Shown: in pieces, positions 39,201-48,669 of the stretch
Layout of the letters: the number at the start of each line of letters is the position of its first letter
Position numbering within the stretch: position 1 is the stretch's first letter
Notes under the pieces: model-generated
The model's database searches: none
The model's input: only the letters and a program-made list of their open reading frames with translations
Told to the model about the DNA's origin: nothing
Made by a program: the position numbers and the translations under genes
IMG/VR virus record: IMGVR_UViG_3300034356_001545
Span: 1-59,663 of that record
Length of the DNA: 59,663 nt
Source: a virus
Lineage: Duplodnaviria; Caudoviricetes
Strand: one strand, 5' to 3'

Positions 39201-41215
39201 TCTAATCCCAAGATGTTCTCGGCAACTTTAGGTTGCCTAGAAACTTCTTGCTTGGTGGCCTTATCGTATGTTACAACATCAATCGACCCGTCTTCTTGCG
39301 TTTCGATTACTGATGTCTGCCCTTCGGTCTCTGTGCCAACAGCAACCTCAAGGTTGTTTAGCCTTTCGAAGAGGCGGAACTTTCCGCGTCGGACTTCTGG
39401 TTCGACAATCGTGCGGCTACCCGCTCTAGGAGCTCCAACTGGGACTTCTTCGGTAACTTGTTCAGTTGTAGTAATTGTTTTGTTGTCATAGTATTCGATA
39501 TCATCAAATTTATCTTCTAGTGTCTGTATGTATGCTGTCTTTACATCGTCTGCAATGTCCAACGCATCAACCTCATCGATAGCGTTAAGTATTTGCTGTT
39601 GAGCCGCTTGGGCTTCAGTGTTGTCTACCTCTTGAGCCTCTGCTATTTTTTGGAAGACTTCTTGCTGCTCAAGTACTTGAAGTACTCGATCTGCTTCAGG
39701 CGACGTTCCGCTTGCGACTTGGATAGGTTGGACTTCGATAGGGGCTTGCCCTTCGACGACAGGACTTGGTATCCCTGCTTCTTCTTGAGTATCATATGCT
39801 GAGTATTTAGATTCTAAATCTTTTTGCTGTTGTATTAGGCCTCCAACTTTAGCTTTAATGTCTTTTGTGGCTTCTGTATCCTTGATGACTTTGGCCATTG
39901 AAGCGTAGCGCTTAATTTCATTGTCAATCTCAAGAAACCGCTCTAGGTCTTGTGGGTTTTGCGTTCCTACATATTCGTAAAACTTAGCGTCATCCGTTGC
40001 ATTACGAGTTCGAGTCTTAATAGACTCTGCTAACTTCTGAGAATAGTAATCTTGTTCCTCAACAGTAGAAGAAGCATCAAGCTTCTCCTTGTACTTGTTA
40101 ATCTCTGTTCTAGCCTTTGCGTTCTTCATATCGCGTCCAACAGAGTTGGCAAGCGCAGTAGCATCAGCTATAGTAGATGGTGTGTTGAAGACAGCACCGC
40201 CAACAGCACCCATAGCGGCGCCCTCAAATCCCTGACGGAATGCATCTCCAAGGTTTACATCTCCAGTACGAGCATATTGATCAACAGCAGATTGTCCGAA
40301 TCCAGTAGTAAACTCGGCAAGAGCCTCTTCTGTCACAGCGACGCCATTGGACTTTAATGCTCCTTTAGCAATCTCTTTTGCTGTTTGTTCAAAGGCTTGT
40401 TTTGTGATTTGTTGAGCGGCAAGTTTCTTTACGGCTCCAGACAAAATCTTTCCGCCGATCCCTTCCCCAAGCACCTCAAGTCCACCCATTGCACCAGTAT
40501 ATCCTGCTCGCATAAGCGGACTCATATCCTCATAGAACTTCTCTCCTTTCGCATCAAGGTGAGCTGATTGGGCGCCATAACCGCCCATCAGCGCAAGAGA
40601 TACTGGTGCTCCAAGTCCGCCAGTTCCAAGAGTAATTGCTGCCGATGTAATAGCAAGAGGCGCAGTTCCTAAAAGAAACTCTTCTGCCTGAAGTGCGGCA
40701 TCACCAAATTTACCCTGTGCAATGCTTTCCGTAAATGTTTGCTCAAACTTTGGACCTTCATCTCGAATCTTATCAATGGCAGATTTTGCCTGAACGTCAA
40801 TTGCTTCACGAGTAAGTGGCGTCGATAGTGGGGATGCGTATGATGCTGCCTTAAGTAAAGCACTTTTGCCAATCTCGTAAGTTTGTCCGAGGGCAGACTT
40901 GGCTACATTATACCAATTAGGCGTATCTACTTCAGATACATCTTCCTGATTAGATCCTTCAAACTTGGGAATTTCACCAAATGCAGCGGGGACTTTATTT
41001 GATGTATCCGAAGCAGAAGGTTCTGCCAAAGATTGTAAATTGGATGCCTCGGAAAGTTCTTTTTTTTTTACGTCAAAATCTACCTGTTCAGAATACACTG
41101 GATACTTATCAAGCATCTTGCTAACCAATACAGAGTCATCAACGTCCTTATACTGTGGATATTTTAACTTTACCTTGGCCGAAAATTCAGCTACTGACAA
41201 CTTAGGTTCTGGCAT
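33227..41215 (-). CDS. Giant polyvalent virion/ejection protein with zincin metallopeptidase and ADP-ribosyltransferase domains
   Basis: HEVFH at ~38600; HATKGSFDTFD...YGYGFYFT...YDG...E.VIF at ~35850-36350; hydrophobic Gly/Ala helices near N-terminus. Confidence 0.75.
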   Translation of the reverse strand: MPEPKLSVAEFSAKVKLKYPQYKDVDDSVLVSKMLDKYPVYSEQVDFDVKKKELSEASNLQSLAEPSASDTSNKVPAAFGEIPKFEGSNQEDVSEVDTPNWYNVAKSALGQTYEIGKSALLKAASYASPLSTPLTREAIDVQAKSAIDKIRDEGPKFEQTFTESIAQGKFGDAALQAEEFLLGTAPLAITSAAITLGTGGLGAPVSLALMGGYGAQSAHLDAKGEKFYEDMSPLMRAGYTGAMGGLEVLGEGIGGKILSGAVKKLAAQQITKQAFEQTAKEIAKGALKSNGVAVTEEALAEFTTGFGQSAVDQYARTGDVNLGDAFRQGFEGAAMGAVGGAVFNTPSTIADATALANSVGRDMKNAKARTEINKYKEKLDASSTVEEQDYYSQKLAESIKTRTRNATDDAKFYEYVGTQNPQDLERFLEIDNEIKRYASMAKVIKDTEATKDIKAKVGGLIQQQKDLESKYSAYDTQEEAGIPSPVVEGQAPIEVQPIQVASGTSPEADRVLQVLEQQEVFQKIAEAQEVDNTEAQAAQQQILNAIDEVDALDIADDVKTAYIQTLEDKFDDIEYYDNKTITTTEQVTEEVPVGAPRAGSRTIVEPEVRRGKFRLFERLNNLEVAVGTETEGQTSVIETQEDGSIDVVTYDKATKQEVSRQPKVAENILGLEYVESILDADGNLTGVVMRPRTPKGEDISPVRIQVVNRPELALDIAIDARKKEIGDVPEVIWMQEYETVTRDVTTKERVPAAKRPERKAARVVLPTETVVAEQVTEQVVEQEPVKNNKGLSSEQVTEAVSAAERLARRLGLPTKIIVHNSRKEFNDAMDEVSKSGSVASGVESGRFIPSRNEIHLNLEDMTSEVPFHEVFHAAFVNRFAKASQATREKIASDFQSGLLRVLRSGTAEDQQLADAVERFVQGGEYSAKESPEEFMAQTAGIIAVNGRKISKSTMDKLIQWTNNFIGKVFPSLKITTRGEFVDFMNSFSGALFESSIDEQTYTGLESEVTTSIPPVSESSSRQGRDASYVDRKFDKEKIQFADLSEYVGKPAITYAMDLAVTGTVKSPTGVTYTFDGGVFYPLLGEGGWAFTDEKTAKKILSKLKKFDGRVLLMSQDSRGIRGNFQFWGYMLDEVNKAVKDKRATEAELVEYINSKLKKKPIQSALAEKGLPLQIKKLSELNELMPNDGPKKVGYEVRAEFNEALFSAEANKRFGLPRIEAILDYVNEPLLANAQYGDLVAVLEFDLAKMDVKDSRKIKGAKVHPAYPWIITGFKDLKILNEFVDVRNVFGDYRSKMAEDKGDPELKKRIKIRAARAIVTGGASVNNLEINDNIVKSILGIAPYRAKYVNEISEARDEYKKPSFERFINAFNNIAKKFDVQVYGIEKTIGGWYDSELNSVTQEVSMRPAIAGNKEDILAMSAVAGIMAPVKKEDFQNGVMIVEYKTGGQSQEVTFKAKSDADAKRIIDSLNDYGFGGGFTYVPSDKSFHLAMIPYDDVNISGLRNNLENLVTFAKSNNLIDEKSIQYYEAEVNFPGSDRESSAYYGRILQEARDSKRYEKDGREGALKLLNQALEILDERNNAMDSELSESSSSQANKVYDNILKESSSKSFQELSEASKAGLLIHATKGSFDTFDPQRIYGGARSLYGYGFYFTSRSSKALDYGNKFIFTPLNKYNFLDIDAKANNDFANELKSLAEARILKLQGLFKGIELIPKSLKTPLDNALKISSTISGDSKYGKYSIDDLRKFLDNDYILSFTDFSEAMLSVGYDGFQTDDFYEAVIFNFGKLNDNLIKDEANYLKESSSRDVREEILDKEQLSFKQRAVNTAKTFVWSDTQKQIRVFKERMSSQLSVEGREIKKFTKGLNQLLKKADVQTIDLVGNIFDGTLTPENQRILESKPNGSLIFGQANAMRNYIDSFADDFVNSPEFHAMPEETVNTIIDNFGQYMRGSYRFWKDKNFKPSNAARRDAIAYEYEILRSKKINDLIDKEGFKEDEAGEFFELLHDETLKEATKAIDDYIADIEKIRNGSDFKKLGIVSPSGIKLPSEQFLRRKELPETIQNLLGKERDPIIRFIDTTIALSNIKYKGHMLYAISESLGGTQFIKNEVTDAEKSTGEYKEVKDKFSPLNGRFVHRDVYEAITNQNIYESDNIWMSGYLTTLQLARKSKVIYNLPTWRKNLTGGWYTMAANGVINPSIVRDIKRRAQLFANGETDAETEALIKIMGDNGIIGQDVNANLLGFTNAIYSRTLTGNDNDYISYVDRARNLIKNFDSVVGQKYAAVDDYTKLVIFRSEIQSFAKKMYGKSYDSLTDAQKNKVHAEAAEFVKQNTPTFSRLPKWYASLAKLPAGDFLSFEFESLRSFSANIRNGQQDLMKGMTDKTLTPEQKAEYIKAGSRRLAGSAAIMGARLAITSILASLALGDDDELEEDIKNNRPNWMEGHSIIPTKVSKEGIATAYDYSMEDPYGSFFDLATDPLSFPAYVVDLLQPNMGISFLTNLAENKDFYGRDITNSYDSKLTKGYKYGGHTLKSLIIPPFIASSYRDEQKRLETEADKYSPLDAVGRVASRAVIRDYEFNIPVQFYYFTDQFRTKKEQYSDLTGASRDNRLAELDEIKKMYKSITNIGIKKGNYKMIADANKNVKRALKPNEEAYVLYGYEIPEKK

Positions 41216-41226
41216 ATTTTAACTTC

Positions 41227-42519
41227 TTAAAGATTGAGGCCAAGTGGATCACTTCCTGCTTGCGAAGATACGGCGTTTTGAGAAGTGGTTGCCGTGCGCT
41301 GCGATGAGGGAAGAATCTTAAAGTACTCGTCTGACAAGCCATCTGTTGCCTTTCTTAGTAGTGATAGGTCGCTGTCCTTTGCCTTCCTACCCTTTTCTTT
41401 AGGGACGTTAATCTCAGCAAAATCACCTGTTTCAGCGTTTGTAACCATTTGCTTTTCATTGACTATCTCAATTATATATGGAGATCCGTTGATTTTACCA
41501 AAGCGAACAATCTTACCTCCTGCGGAGGCAACTGGTGCAAAGTCAATTGGAACCATAAATCCACTACCGATTGTTTTGTCTCCAACCTTTTGAGTGTATG
41601 GAACAGCATCAATACCAAAATACTTATTCTCCCTTTGTTTGTCGTTAAGCTTAGCGTACTCAAGCGCAATCTTTTGCTGCTGTAGGCGAAGTTCCGCAGG
41701 ATTGACTCCCATACGAGGAATAACAGCCATAAACGCATCAACAGCGTCATTGGTGAACTTACCAGCTAGGCGATCACCCTGTGGCTTGAACTGCTCAGTA
41801 TCGAGGATATCTAAGTCAGCTCGGCTTGTAATCTCTCCATTGCGACCTATAGTTCCCTCACGAACGCCTTCATAAACGATAGCATTCTTTACCTGTTTTG
41901 GGTCAATATAGCGAGCGCTCATAAAGTTATTCATATACTCTCGAGCCTTAGCTTCGTCAATCCTTCCATCGGGAAGGATATAGTCATTAATATTCTTTCT
42001 GAAGTTGTTAGCAGCCTCATCTGCAATTTGAGTTGGGCTTTGCATATCATAGTTATACCTTGGAAGCAAGGTAAATGGATTAGCTGCAAGGGACATAATC
42101 TGATTGGCATCACGTTTAGTGGTGCGCTCGGCATCAAATAATTCCGAAGCATTTCTCCCACCCAAGTCAAACTGATCTGGCTTGGTATTGTATGCTGACC
42201 ATTGCTGGCGGTAGTTGTCAGCTAAGAACTGTGCTGTTCCTGCAACCTCGTTATATCCAGCATTAGCCTCACGAACCTTACGTCGTAGGTCTATATTATC
42301 TGGGTCCCTAGCAAGCTCTTTAAGTGAGTTTTCTACCGCGCCATAGGCTGTCTGAACAGCCTCTCTGTCTCCATCAAGATATGTTCCCGACTTCTTGGTG
42401 AACTGAGAGGACCAATCGTCAAACTGAAGCTGCTTTTCGCGCTCACGCTCATTGAGCTTGTACTGAAGCTCCGCAAAGTTTGGCAGCTGGATTACGCCAC
42501 TCGGAATAAGTTTAGCCAT
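41227..42519 (-). CDS. Putative internal virion/ejection protein
   Basis: Position between tail genes and the giant protein; helical. Confidence 0.55.
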   Translation of the reverse strand: MAKLIPSGVIQLPNFAELQYKLNEREREKQLQFDDWSSQFTKKSGTYLDGDREAVQTAYGAVENSLKELARDPDNIDLRRKVREANAGYNEVAGTAQFLADNYRQQWSAYNTKPDQFDLGGRNASELFDAERTTKRDANQIMSLAANPFTLLPRYNYDMQSPTQIADEAANNFRKNINDYILPDGRIDEAKAREYMNNFMSARYIDPKQVKNAIVYEGVREGTIGRNGEITSRADLDILDTEQFKPQGDRLAGKFTNDAVDAFMAVIPRMGVNPAELRLQQQKIALEYAKLNDKQRENKYFGIDAVPYTQKVGDKTIGSGFMVPIDFAPVASAGGKIVRFGKINGSPYIIEIVNEKQMVTNAETGDFAEINVPKEKGRKAKDSDLSLLRKATDGLSDEYFKILPSSQRTATTSQNAVSSQAGSDPLGLNL

Positions 42520-43487
42520 TATTTTTGCTTATTGAATTTCTTTAACAGCTGACGGAAGTAAGCACTTTCTTTGCTAAGCTTTTGCTGTTGGGCTGGGTTG
42601 AGGATAACCTCTCCACCTGTCATCTCACCAATCTTCTGACCTTTCTTTACGATGTCAATTGGGTTGGTCTTATGGTCAAACTTACCGCCTGTAACCATAC
42701 CGCCCTGCTCAAGCCTTCGGGGTTTTTTATTCCCCATAGAAGGCATATATTCGTCCGCTGTTTCAAAAATGCCTCTATCAAATAGACTTTGTTGCTCATC
42801 TAATTGATCTTGTAAATCAGTAATGTTTAAATCAATAAGAGCACGATCACCCACTGTTCCCCTTAAAGAGGCAAGGGTTTCATTTCTAGCTATTGTTTCC
42901 GCGCTAAGTGGAGCCTCAGCAACAGGAGCAATCTTAGTAGGTTTTTTAGACGCTAATTGAGCGCCATATACACCTGCAGATCCAATCTGACCTACACCAC
43001 CCGCGATGTTCTGGAGGCCGCCCTCAATGGCGGCCTGAGCAGCACCACGCTCCATCATCTCACGATTTATGTTACGTCCAATCTCACGCTCAGCGCCCTG
43101 CGCTCCAAAGCTAAGGGCCTCCATAGTCTGAGCCTGACGCTGACCTAGGATATCTAATGCACCAGCATCGGACGCACGAATCATTTTGGGAAGCGCTCCG
43201 ACAACAGCACGACCACCAGCCCCTTGAGCGGCAGCTATTCCTGTAGCTATCGAGCGATTAAGTTCCTCAAGACGTCTTTGCTCTAGCTCAGCATTGCGAG
43301 CCTGCTTTAGCATCTCTGCGTATTCAGAAGGTCGAGCTGTTGAAGCTTCCTTGATCCTGTTTGCAGCCTGCTGTCCTTGAATCATTTGGTATGCACCAAG
43401 CCCAGCTTGTCCCGCACCTAATGCTCCAGCTAGAACAAGTCCTCCCGCTATATATTTTTTTGGTTCTTTACTCTTCTTTGATCGCAT
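42519..43487 (-). CDS. Putative ejection/pilot protein
   Basis: Gly/Ala-rich hydrophobic N-terminus; KYIAGG, LEQGG, E.TGGE.I.N motifs. Confidence 0.55.
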   Translation of the reverse strand: MRSKKSKEPKKYIAGGLVLAGALGAGQAGLGAYQMIQGQQAANRIKEASTARPSEYAEMLKQARNAELEQRRLEELNRSIATGIAAAQGAGGRAVVGALPKMIRASDAGALDILGQRQAQTMEALSFGAQGAEREIGRNINREMMERGAAQAAIEGGLQNIAGGVGQIGSAGVYGAQLASKKPTKIAPVAEAPLSAETIARNETLASLRGTVGDRALIDLNITDLQDQLDEQQSLFDRGIFETADEYMPSMGNKKPRRLEQGGMVTGGKFDHKTNPIDIVKKGQKIGEMTGGEVILNPAQQQKLSKESAYFRQLLKKFNKQK

Positions 43488-43503
43488 ATTACAAAGGTAC
43501 TAA

Positions 43504-46500
43504 TTATTGTCCCTGTTGGTTGTGTAGATTACTTTGGGCGAACACTGCATTGACGGCATACAATTCAATTTCAGATGTATCGGTGTTTGTTAGGTTGATG
43601 CGTGCGTAGTAGTCTCGCAGTTGGTCTCCCTCGACACCAGCGTTGGCAAGGACCACTATTGTGTTTCCGTCACTTACACCAGCTATAGCGCCACTTGCAG
43701 TAATCTGCTTGTTACCGCTGATGGCAGTAACAGTTACTCCAAGAGTCACAAGGGTAGCACCGCTGACCTTGTAGAGTGTGCCTCCGAAAGGGAATGGCAC
43801 ATCTCCCACAGGAGTGGTGAACGTAATGGTTGACCCAGAAACTCCACTTGTGGCTACGTTTCCGAGAACAAAAACCTCAGAGCTTCCGCTTAGCGAGGTG
43901 ATGGTTGTGGTCCCAACGTTTGCGCTAGTGTCTCTTGGAACGTAGGCAAAGAACTCACGCTCCCTCTCGCTGAAGTCGGTAGTAAGGATTGACGTAGACT
44001 GGTCTGTGTTTGTGATTACAGTAGCCCAAGCATCCGTACCCTCAAGGCTTAACGACTCGTAGGACTTAACCATAGACGGGTTGTTATTGCTTATCACCTC
44101 CACGATAGTGCTTCCTGCAACGCCGTAGTATGTAGATCTGTTAGATGTATCGTCGTGGACGTACATCGTTCCAGCCTTGAATGTGTACAGCGTGTCGTCT
44201 AGGCTAGCAATCCTCTCTGGCGAGTAGGAGTACCTAGTGTTCCACACCTTGTCTTCGGTATCGTAGGCTACGGTGAAACCTGTGTCTGTAGTGCCAACAT
44301 TAGAAATTGTTCCATTGTAGTTTCCGCAGGTGTTTATAAAGGTAAACGTTCCAGCGGAAAGGTCTATAGATATACCGACAAAGAAATCATACGTAGAGTT
44401 GGTCGCAATACCGTAGATGGTGCTGTTGGTGCCCTGAAACTCTTCTCCAACAATGATTGCCTGCCCAGCCGTAAGCCTGTCTAAATAAACAACAGCATTT
44501 ACGCTGTTGTCAAACGTATCGCATATGTCTTGAAACTCACGAACCTCTGTGTTGAACTGAGGAAGTTTGTCGTCGTTGTACTCTATTTCGGCAAATACAA
44601 CAGAGCCTGCACAATTTGTTTGTAGTGTAAAGCTAAACGAGCCAAGAAGGACCTCTATTGCAGCATCAAAGCATATTGTGCCCTCAAAGGTTCCACCGTC
44701 ATCTATGCAGCGATGTTCAAACGCTGCCGTTATGTCAACACCATCTGCTGTTATGGCAATTGTTGATGTACATATACTATCGCTAGCGATAATATATTCG
44801 CCTGCCTCGTCGTCAACGCCTCCAACTACTCTCTTTACTGAGGCAAACTGGACTATATCCCTAAAGTTGCCCTTGAAGAATGAGTCCATCTTGGTCTCAC
44901 TGATTGCGGTCAGCCCATCTTGGGAGATGCGCATCACCTTTCCATTGCGGATATCGGCAAAGTAAACACGACCACCCTCTACGGCAACAGACTCTGGGTT
45001 GTTTCCAACTCCAAAGTCGCCTACGTAGTAACTCGGTGTTCCAACAACGTTTGTGGACACTGTAACGCCTTGCTGTCCGCTTACGTACTCAATTAAATTA
45101 CGTCCCACTGGTAACAGGCCACACTTCTTGTCCTGCAAGAATACTATGCTGTCGTCTCTGTTGACCATATAACGGATTGAACCGTGGATGTAGTTGAGGT
45201 CGTAGAAAGGCGCTAGGGATGGGTTAAATGAGGACAGCCCAAGCCTTGTTACGTCAACAATAAAGGGATCAGAATAGGTTACGGATCCAGTCCTGTAGAC
45301 TGTCTTTGCGTCTGGAAGAACAGCAAACGGACGACCAATAGATGTGTTCTTTGATGTAAAAAAGTCGCTTACCTCATCGGACTCTACATACTCAACAAAG
45401 TAGTTGTATGCATCGGGGTCATTGCCATATCGAAGCTGTCGTAGACGGAAGTAGGTATCGCCCTGAGTTAATTCAACAGCTACTAAACTGCTGTTGGTTA
45501 TGTTCAGTGTATATGTCTGCGCTGCAGTAAATGCTCCTGTGGAGAAGGTGGTGTCAACAAAGTAGTTGTAGATACCGCTTACCTCTGGGTAAACGTTTTG
45601 CACTTCAAAGGTATTTCCGCTGCCATCGCTAAGGGTGTCCCCAGCATAGAGCTCAATGTTTGTCCTAAACTGAAGTGGCCTTACGTTAGTGCAGATAGCA
45701 GAAACTGAGGATATAACAGTTCGATCACCAGTCAACACTCCGTTGACCACGTCATAAGACTCTCCTACCTCATAGTAAACTTCTTCGTCCTGTCCTTTAC
45801 GCTTACGGTATATTTCCACCAAACACTTGCTTGACCAAAAATCTGTTCCGAGTACTACTGAGTTCTTATCGAATCCATCAATGTTCTTGTCTTTAAGGAC
45901 AAGAAACTTTCCGGTTGTTTGATATATGCTGTTGTCGCTAGCCCTATTCAGTACTGGGTTAGTATCAAGATTATCAGTAAGTTCTTGGTAGTCAACTACT
46001 TCAAAGTCAATATCGATTGGATACACCTTTGTATCAACATTAGCAACTGAGCTGTATATCGCTACTGCTCCAGTAACAAGATTTCCTAATGATCCAGATG
46101 ATGGTGGTGTACTGCTTGAGGTTCCAGTAATTACTCCTGCACCTCCAACTAGATTTACACTAGTTACTTGGACAAATACAAAGGTTCCTAGATTAAGCGT
46201 GAAAAGAACATCTCCTACATTTATTGTACCCGTGACAGATGATATAACGAAACTATATTGATCGTCATCTTTTTGATAGGAAACTACCCTAAGGCGGTCC
46301 CCCTTGAGGAAGTTATACTCAAGGTTTGCTCCCTTCGCCTCCTTGTATGAGTCATCCTTGCCCTCTAATGATCGGAATGAAACAAAGATGTAATCGTTGT
46401 TTGCTACGTTTGATGGAGAGTTTATTGCCTCCACATTGGTTGCGGCAAATGCATCAATAACGCTGTACTGAACAAAACTATCGATTGATCCTTTTTTAGT

Positions 46501-48663
46501 GTACACTGGTGCCCAGCTTGCAGCAAATGCGGGAGCTGTACCAGCGAGTCGCATTACGATAGAATTCTTTCCTCTGTAGTTTCTGTTGCCGTACCAGTCA
46601 AGGTAAACCTTTCCAGCCTTCTGAACACCTGTTGCCCTACCGCGATTGTCAAACAAAACGTAGCCAAGCTCGTGGACAGCGCCAGACTTGAACTGCTTGT
46701 AACCTTCTATTTTGTCGGACAGAAAATTTGACGATTCTAAAATCTCCGATGTCTCTACAAGATTTCCTTCATCACTAGTGGGCTGTTGAAGACCAAGGCT
46801 AAAAGTAGCATCACTTGAAGTGCCGCTCCCGTCTGGTATTACGTATTTGTCTTCATCGGCATCATCTGATCTACTTACACCAGAATATGATAGGTAGGAT
46901 AAGTTTGAAAAACTTAACGTCCCAGATGAGTCTATATTAAATTGTTTTTGCAGGTTTGGGTTAAATGGCCCACCACCAGCAACGCTGCCTAAGGTAAGGT
47001 TTATTGTTGGAAATCCAGAAATAATAAATTTTAAATTACTACCGCTTAATCCAGCGCTTGAAACATCCATTGTACAGTTACCTTGGAAGAATCCCCATCT
47101 AAATATTATTGGGTTTACTAGTGGTGTTTTCCCAATAACTATTAATTGCGATCCAGCAAGTGGTCCAAACCTAGAAGCGTATGCCCTTTCCGTAGGGTTG
47201 GAACCTATCGTAATAGTATAAATCTTTGCAACAACAGATTCAATAGCTGCGGTAAAATCAGATATGTCTGACCCGGCGGGAAGAACTATACTTTCCGTTA
47301 TTGATATTGGCGCTAGTTGAGCCTTTATTCTGTCAGCAATTACACCTCCAGCATTGTATTGGACAAGGTCTTCGTCTAATTCAACCCAATCAATAAATGC
47401 TCCAGGAGCAGACAATATGATATCATTAATTGCTAGGGTAAGGTCAATGTGCAGTATCGAATCAACCTGAGTTGTTAGCGATGAGATATTACTTAAATCG
47501 AAAGAAAAACCAGTTACACTATTTGGAGTTGAACCTCCTGTACTCTTAGTAAAAGATACTGGTATGTTGTAGACTGTTGCCTCCTTATCATAGTTAGGAT
47601 AAAGACTTACCTTGAGATTCGCATTTGGATATCCTTCGGTATAGTTGCCTAAAAACAATCGTGAGCCAGAAATGGTTTGAGACTGAGCCGTAAAAGGAAC
47701 AGCATCATAGGTCTTGTTTGCCTCGTCTTGAGAGATGAACTGATACAGCTCATCATTTTTAAAATCAGTATATAGTGTAGCTGGACTTGCAAGGGCGGGA
47801 TTTGAAATCTCGCCCACAATAAACCAAGGTCCAGTGTTTCCTCTACGTCCCAGCACTCTGATGGTCTTTACATCAGCTGTTGAGGTCTCTACGTATACTC
47901 GGATAGCGTTAAATTGATTACGTTGATCGTCATCAATAAAGCCGTCTAGGTATTGGTTATTGGCAACAGCTAAATCTGTATACTTAGATAACGCTGAGTA
48001 CTCACCGTCTAGGTAAACATACTGATAGGCAAATTGAAAGTTATCCTCGTAGATGTTGTTATCGTCAACAGTTGTGTCGGTAAAGAACTCGTAGGTTGGA
48101 GGGTCCAGAGGTGGCTTCTTAGCCAACGTAATAAACTCTAGCTTCTGCTCGTCTGTTCCGTTGGTGATGACCTCTGAATAGCCCCCTATAATCGCTCTGG
48201 TTACGTTAATCTTCTTTGGTGGAGTTATACCATCAGTGAAGTAAAGAAGAACCTCGTTGTAGAGATTATTGATTACATCTCCCTTTACGAAGCTGTCAGA
48301 CTGGAAGGCCAAAACGCTGTCGCGGTAAACTAGCTCTACATTATTTTGCGAAGTGGTAAACCTATAGATTGAATGATCACCATTGCTGTTGTAGACAAAG
48401 TATATGATTACTCCATTCTTTAGGTCGCTGACAGAACCTACAACTTTATTTGTTCCTCCAGGAAGCGCGTGAGGCAATCCCTGCCAGTTGTTACCAGAGC
48501 GAAATACAACAGCTGAGTTACCAAAAGCGTTCTTGACAACACCGCCATCGCCATTCTCTTCAGACGAGATACGCACATTAAGTGCGTCTGTCATCTCTAT
48601 GCTTTTGATTAGGCGCGCATCATCGTCCTTGTTAAGGTATCGAGGTATGAGTTTTTCAATCAT
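43504..48663 (-). CDS. Tail stabilisation/nozzle protein
   Basis: LNKDDDARL...DALNVR N-terminus, YFTDG..PPKKIN, G..NNPES, YF.D...G.V.R; position after ring proteins. Confidence 0.75.
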   Translation of the reverse strand: MIEKLIPRYLNKDDDARLIKSIEMTDALNVRISSEENGDGGVVKNAFGNSAVVFRSGNNWQGLPHALPGGTNKVVGSVSDLKNGVIIYFVYNSNGDHSIYRFTTSQNNVELVYRDSVLAFQSDSFVKGDVINNLYNEVLLYFTDGITPPKKINVTRAIIGGYSEVITNGTDEQKLEFITLAKKPPLDPPTYEFFTDTTVDDNNIYEDNFQFAYQYVYLDGEYSALSKYTDLAVANNQYLDGFIDDDQRNQFNAIRVYVETSTADVKTIRVLGRRGNTGPWFIVGEISNPALASPATLYTDFKNDELYQFISQDEANKTYDAVPFTAQSQTISGSRLFLGNYTEGYPNANLKVSLYPNYDKEATVYNIPVSFTKSTGGSTPNSVTGFSFDLSNISSLTTQVDSILHIDLTLAINDIILSAPGAFIDWVELDEDLVQYNAGGVIADRIKAQLAPISITESIVLPAGSDISDFTAAIESVVAKIYTITIGSNPTERAYASRFGPLAGSQLIVIGKTPLVNPIIFRWGFFQGNCTMDVSSAGLSGSNLKFIISGFPTINLTLGSVAGGGPFNPNLQKQFNIDSSGTLSFSNLSYLSYSGVSRSDDADEDKYVIPDGSGTSSDATFSLGLQQPTSDEGNLVETSEILESSNFLSDKIEGYKQFKSGAVHELGYVLFDNRGRATGVQKAGKVYLDWYGNRNYRGKNSIVMRLAGTAPAFAASWAPVYTKKGSIDSFVQYSVIDAFAATNVEAINSPSNVANNDYIFVSFRSLEGKDDSYKEAKGANLEYNFLKGDRLRVVSYQKDDDQYSFVISSVTGTINVGDVLFTLNLGTFVFVQVTSVNLVGGAGVITGTSSSTPPSSGSLGNLVTGAVAIYSSVANVDTKVYPIDIDFEVVDYQELTDNLDTNPVLNRASDNSIYQTTGKFLVLKDKNIDGFDKNSVVLGTDFWSSKCLVEIYRKRKGQDEEVYYEVGESYDVVNGVLTGDRTVISSVSAICTNVRPLQFRTNIELYAGDTLSDGSGNTFEVQNVYPEVSGIYNYFVDTTFSTGAFTAAQTYTLNITNSSLVAVELTQGDTYFRLRQLRYGNDPDAYNYFVEYVESDEVSDFFTSKNTSIGRPFAVLPDAKTVYRTGSVTYSDPFIVDVTRLGLSSFNPSLAPFYDLNYIHGSIRYMVNRDDSIVFLQDKKCGLLPVGRNLIEYVSGQQGVTVSTNVVGTPSYYVGDFGVGNNPESVAVEGGRVYFADIRNGKVMRISQDGLTAISETKMDSFFKGNFRDIVQFASVKRVVGGVDDEAGEYIIASDSICTSTIAITADGVDITAAFEHRCIDDGGTFEGTICFDAAIEVLLGSFSFTLQTNCAGSVVFAEIEYNDDKLPQFNTEVREFQDICDTFDNSVNAVVYLDRLTAGQAIIVGEEFQGTNSTIYGIATNSTYDFFVGISIDLSAGTFTFINTCGNYNGTISNVGTTDTGFTVAYDTEDKVWNTRYSYSPERIASLDDTLYTFKAGTMYVHDDTSNRSTYYGVAGSTIVEVISNNNPSMVKSYESLSLEGTDAWATVITNTDQSTSILTTDFSEREREFFAYVPRDTSANVGTTTITSLSGSSEVFVLGNVATSGVSGSTITFTTPVGDVPFPFGGTLYKVSGATLVTLGVTVTAISGNKQITASGAIAGVSDGNTIVVLANAGVEGDQLRDYYARINLTNTDTSEIELYAVNAVFAQSNLHNQQGQ

Positions 48664-48669
48664 AAGTTA

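Noticed and set aside
38574-39491. 305-aa plus-strand ORF and many other antisense ORFs
   Set aside because: These are shadow frames opposite well-supported genes, with S/T-rich composition and no leaders
33227-41215. crAss-type virion RNA polymerase
   Set aside because: No DxDxD catalytic motif seen; the motifs fit a polyvalent zincin/ART protein
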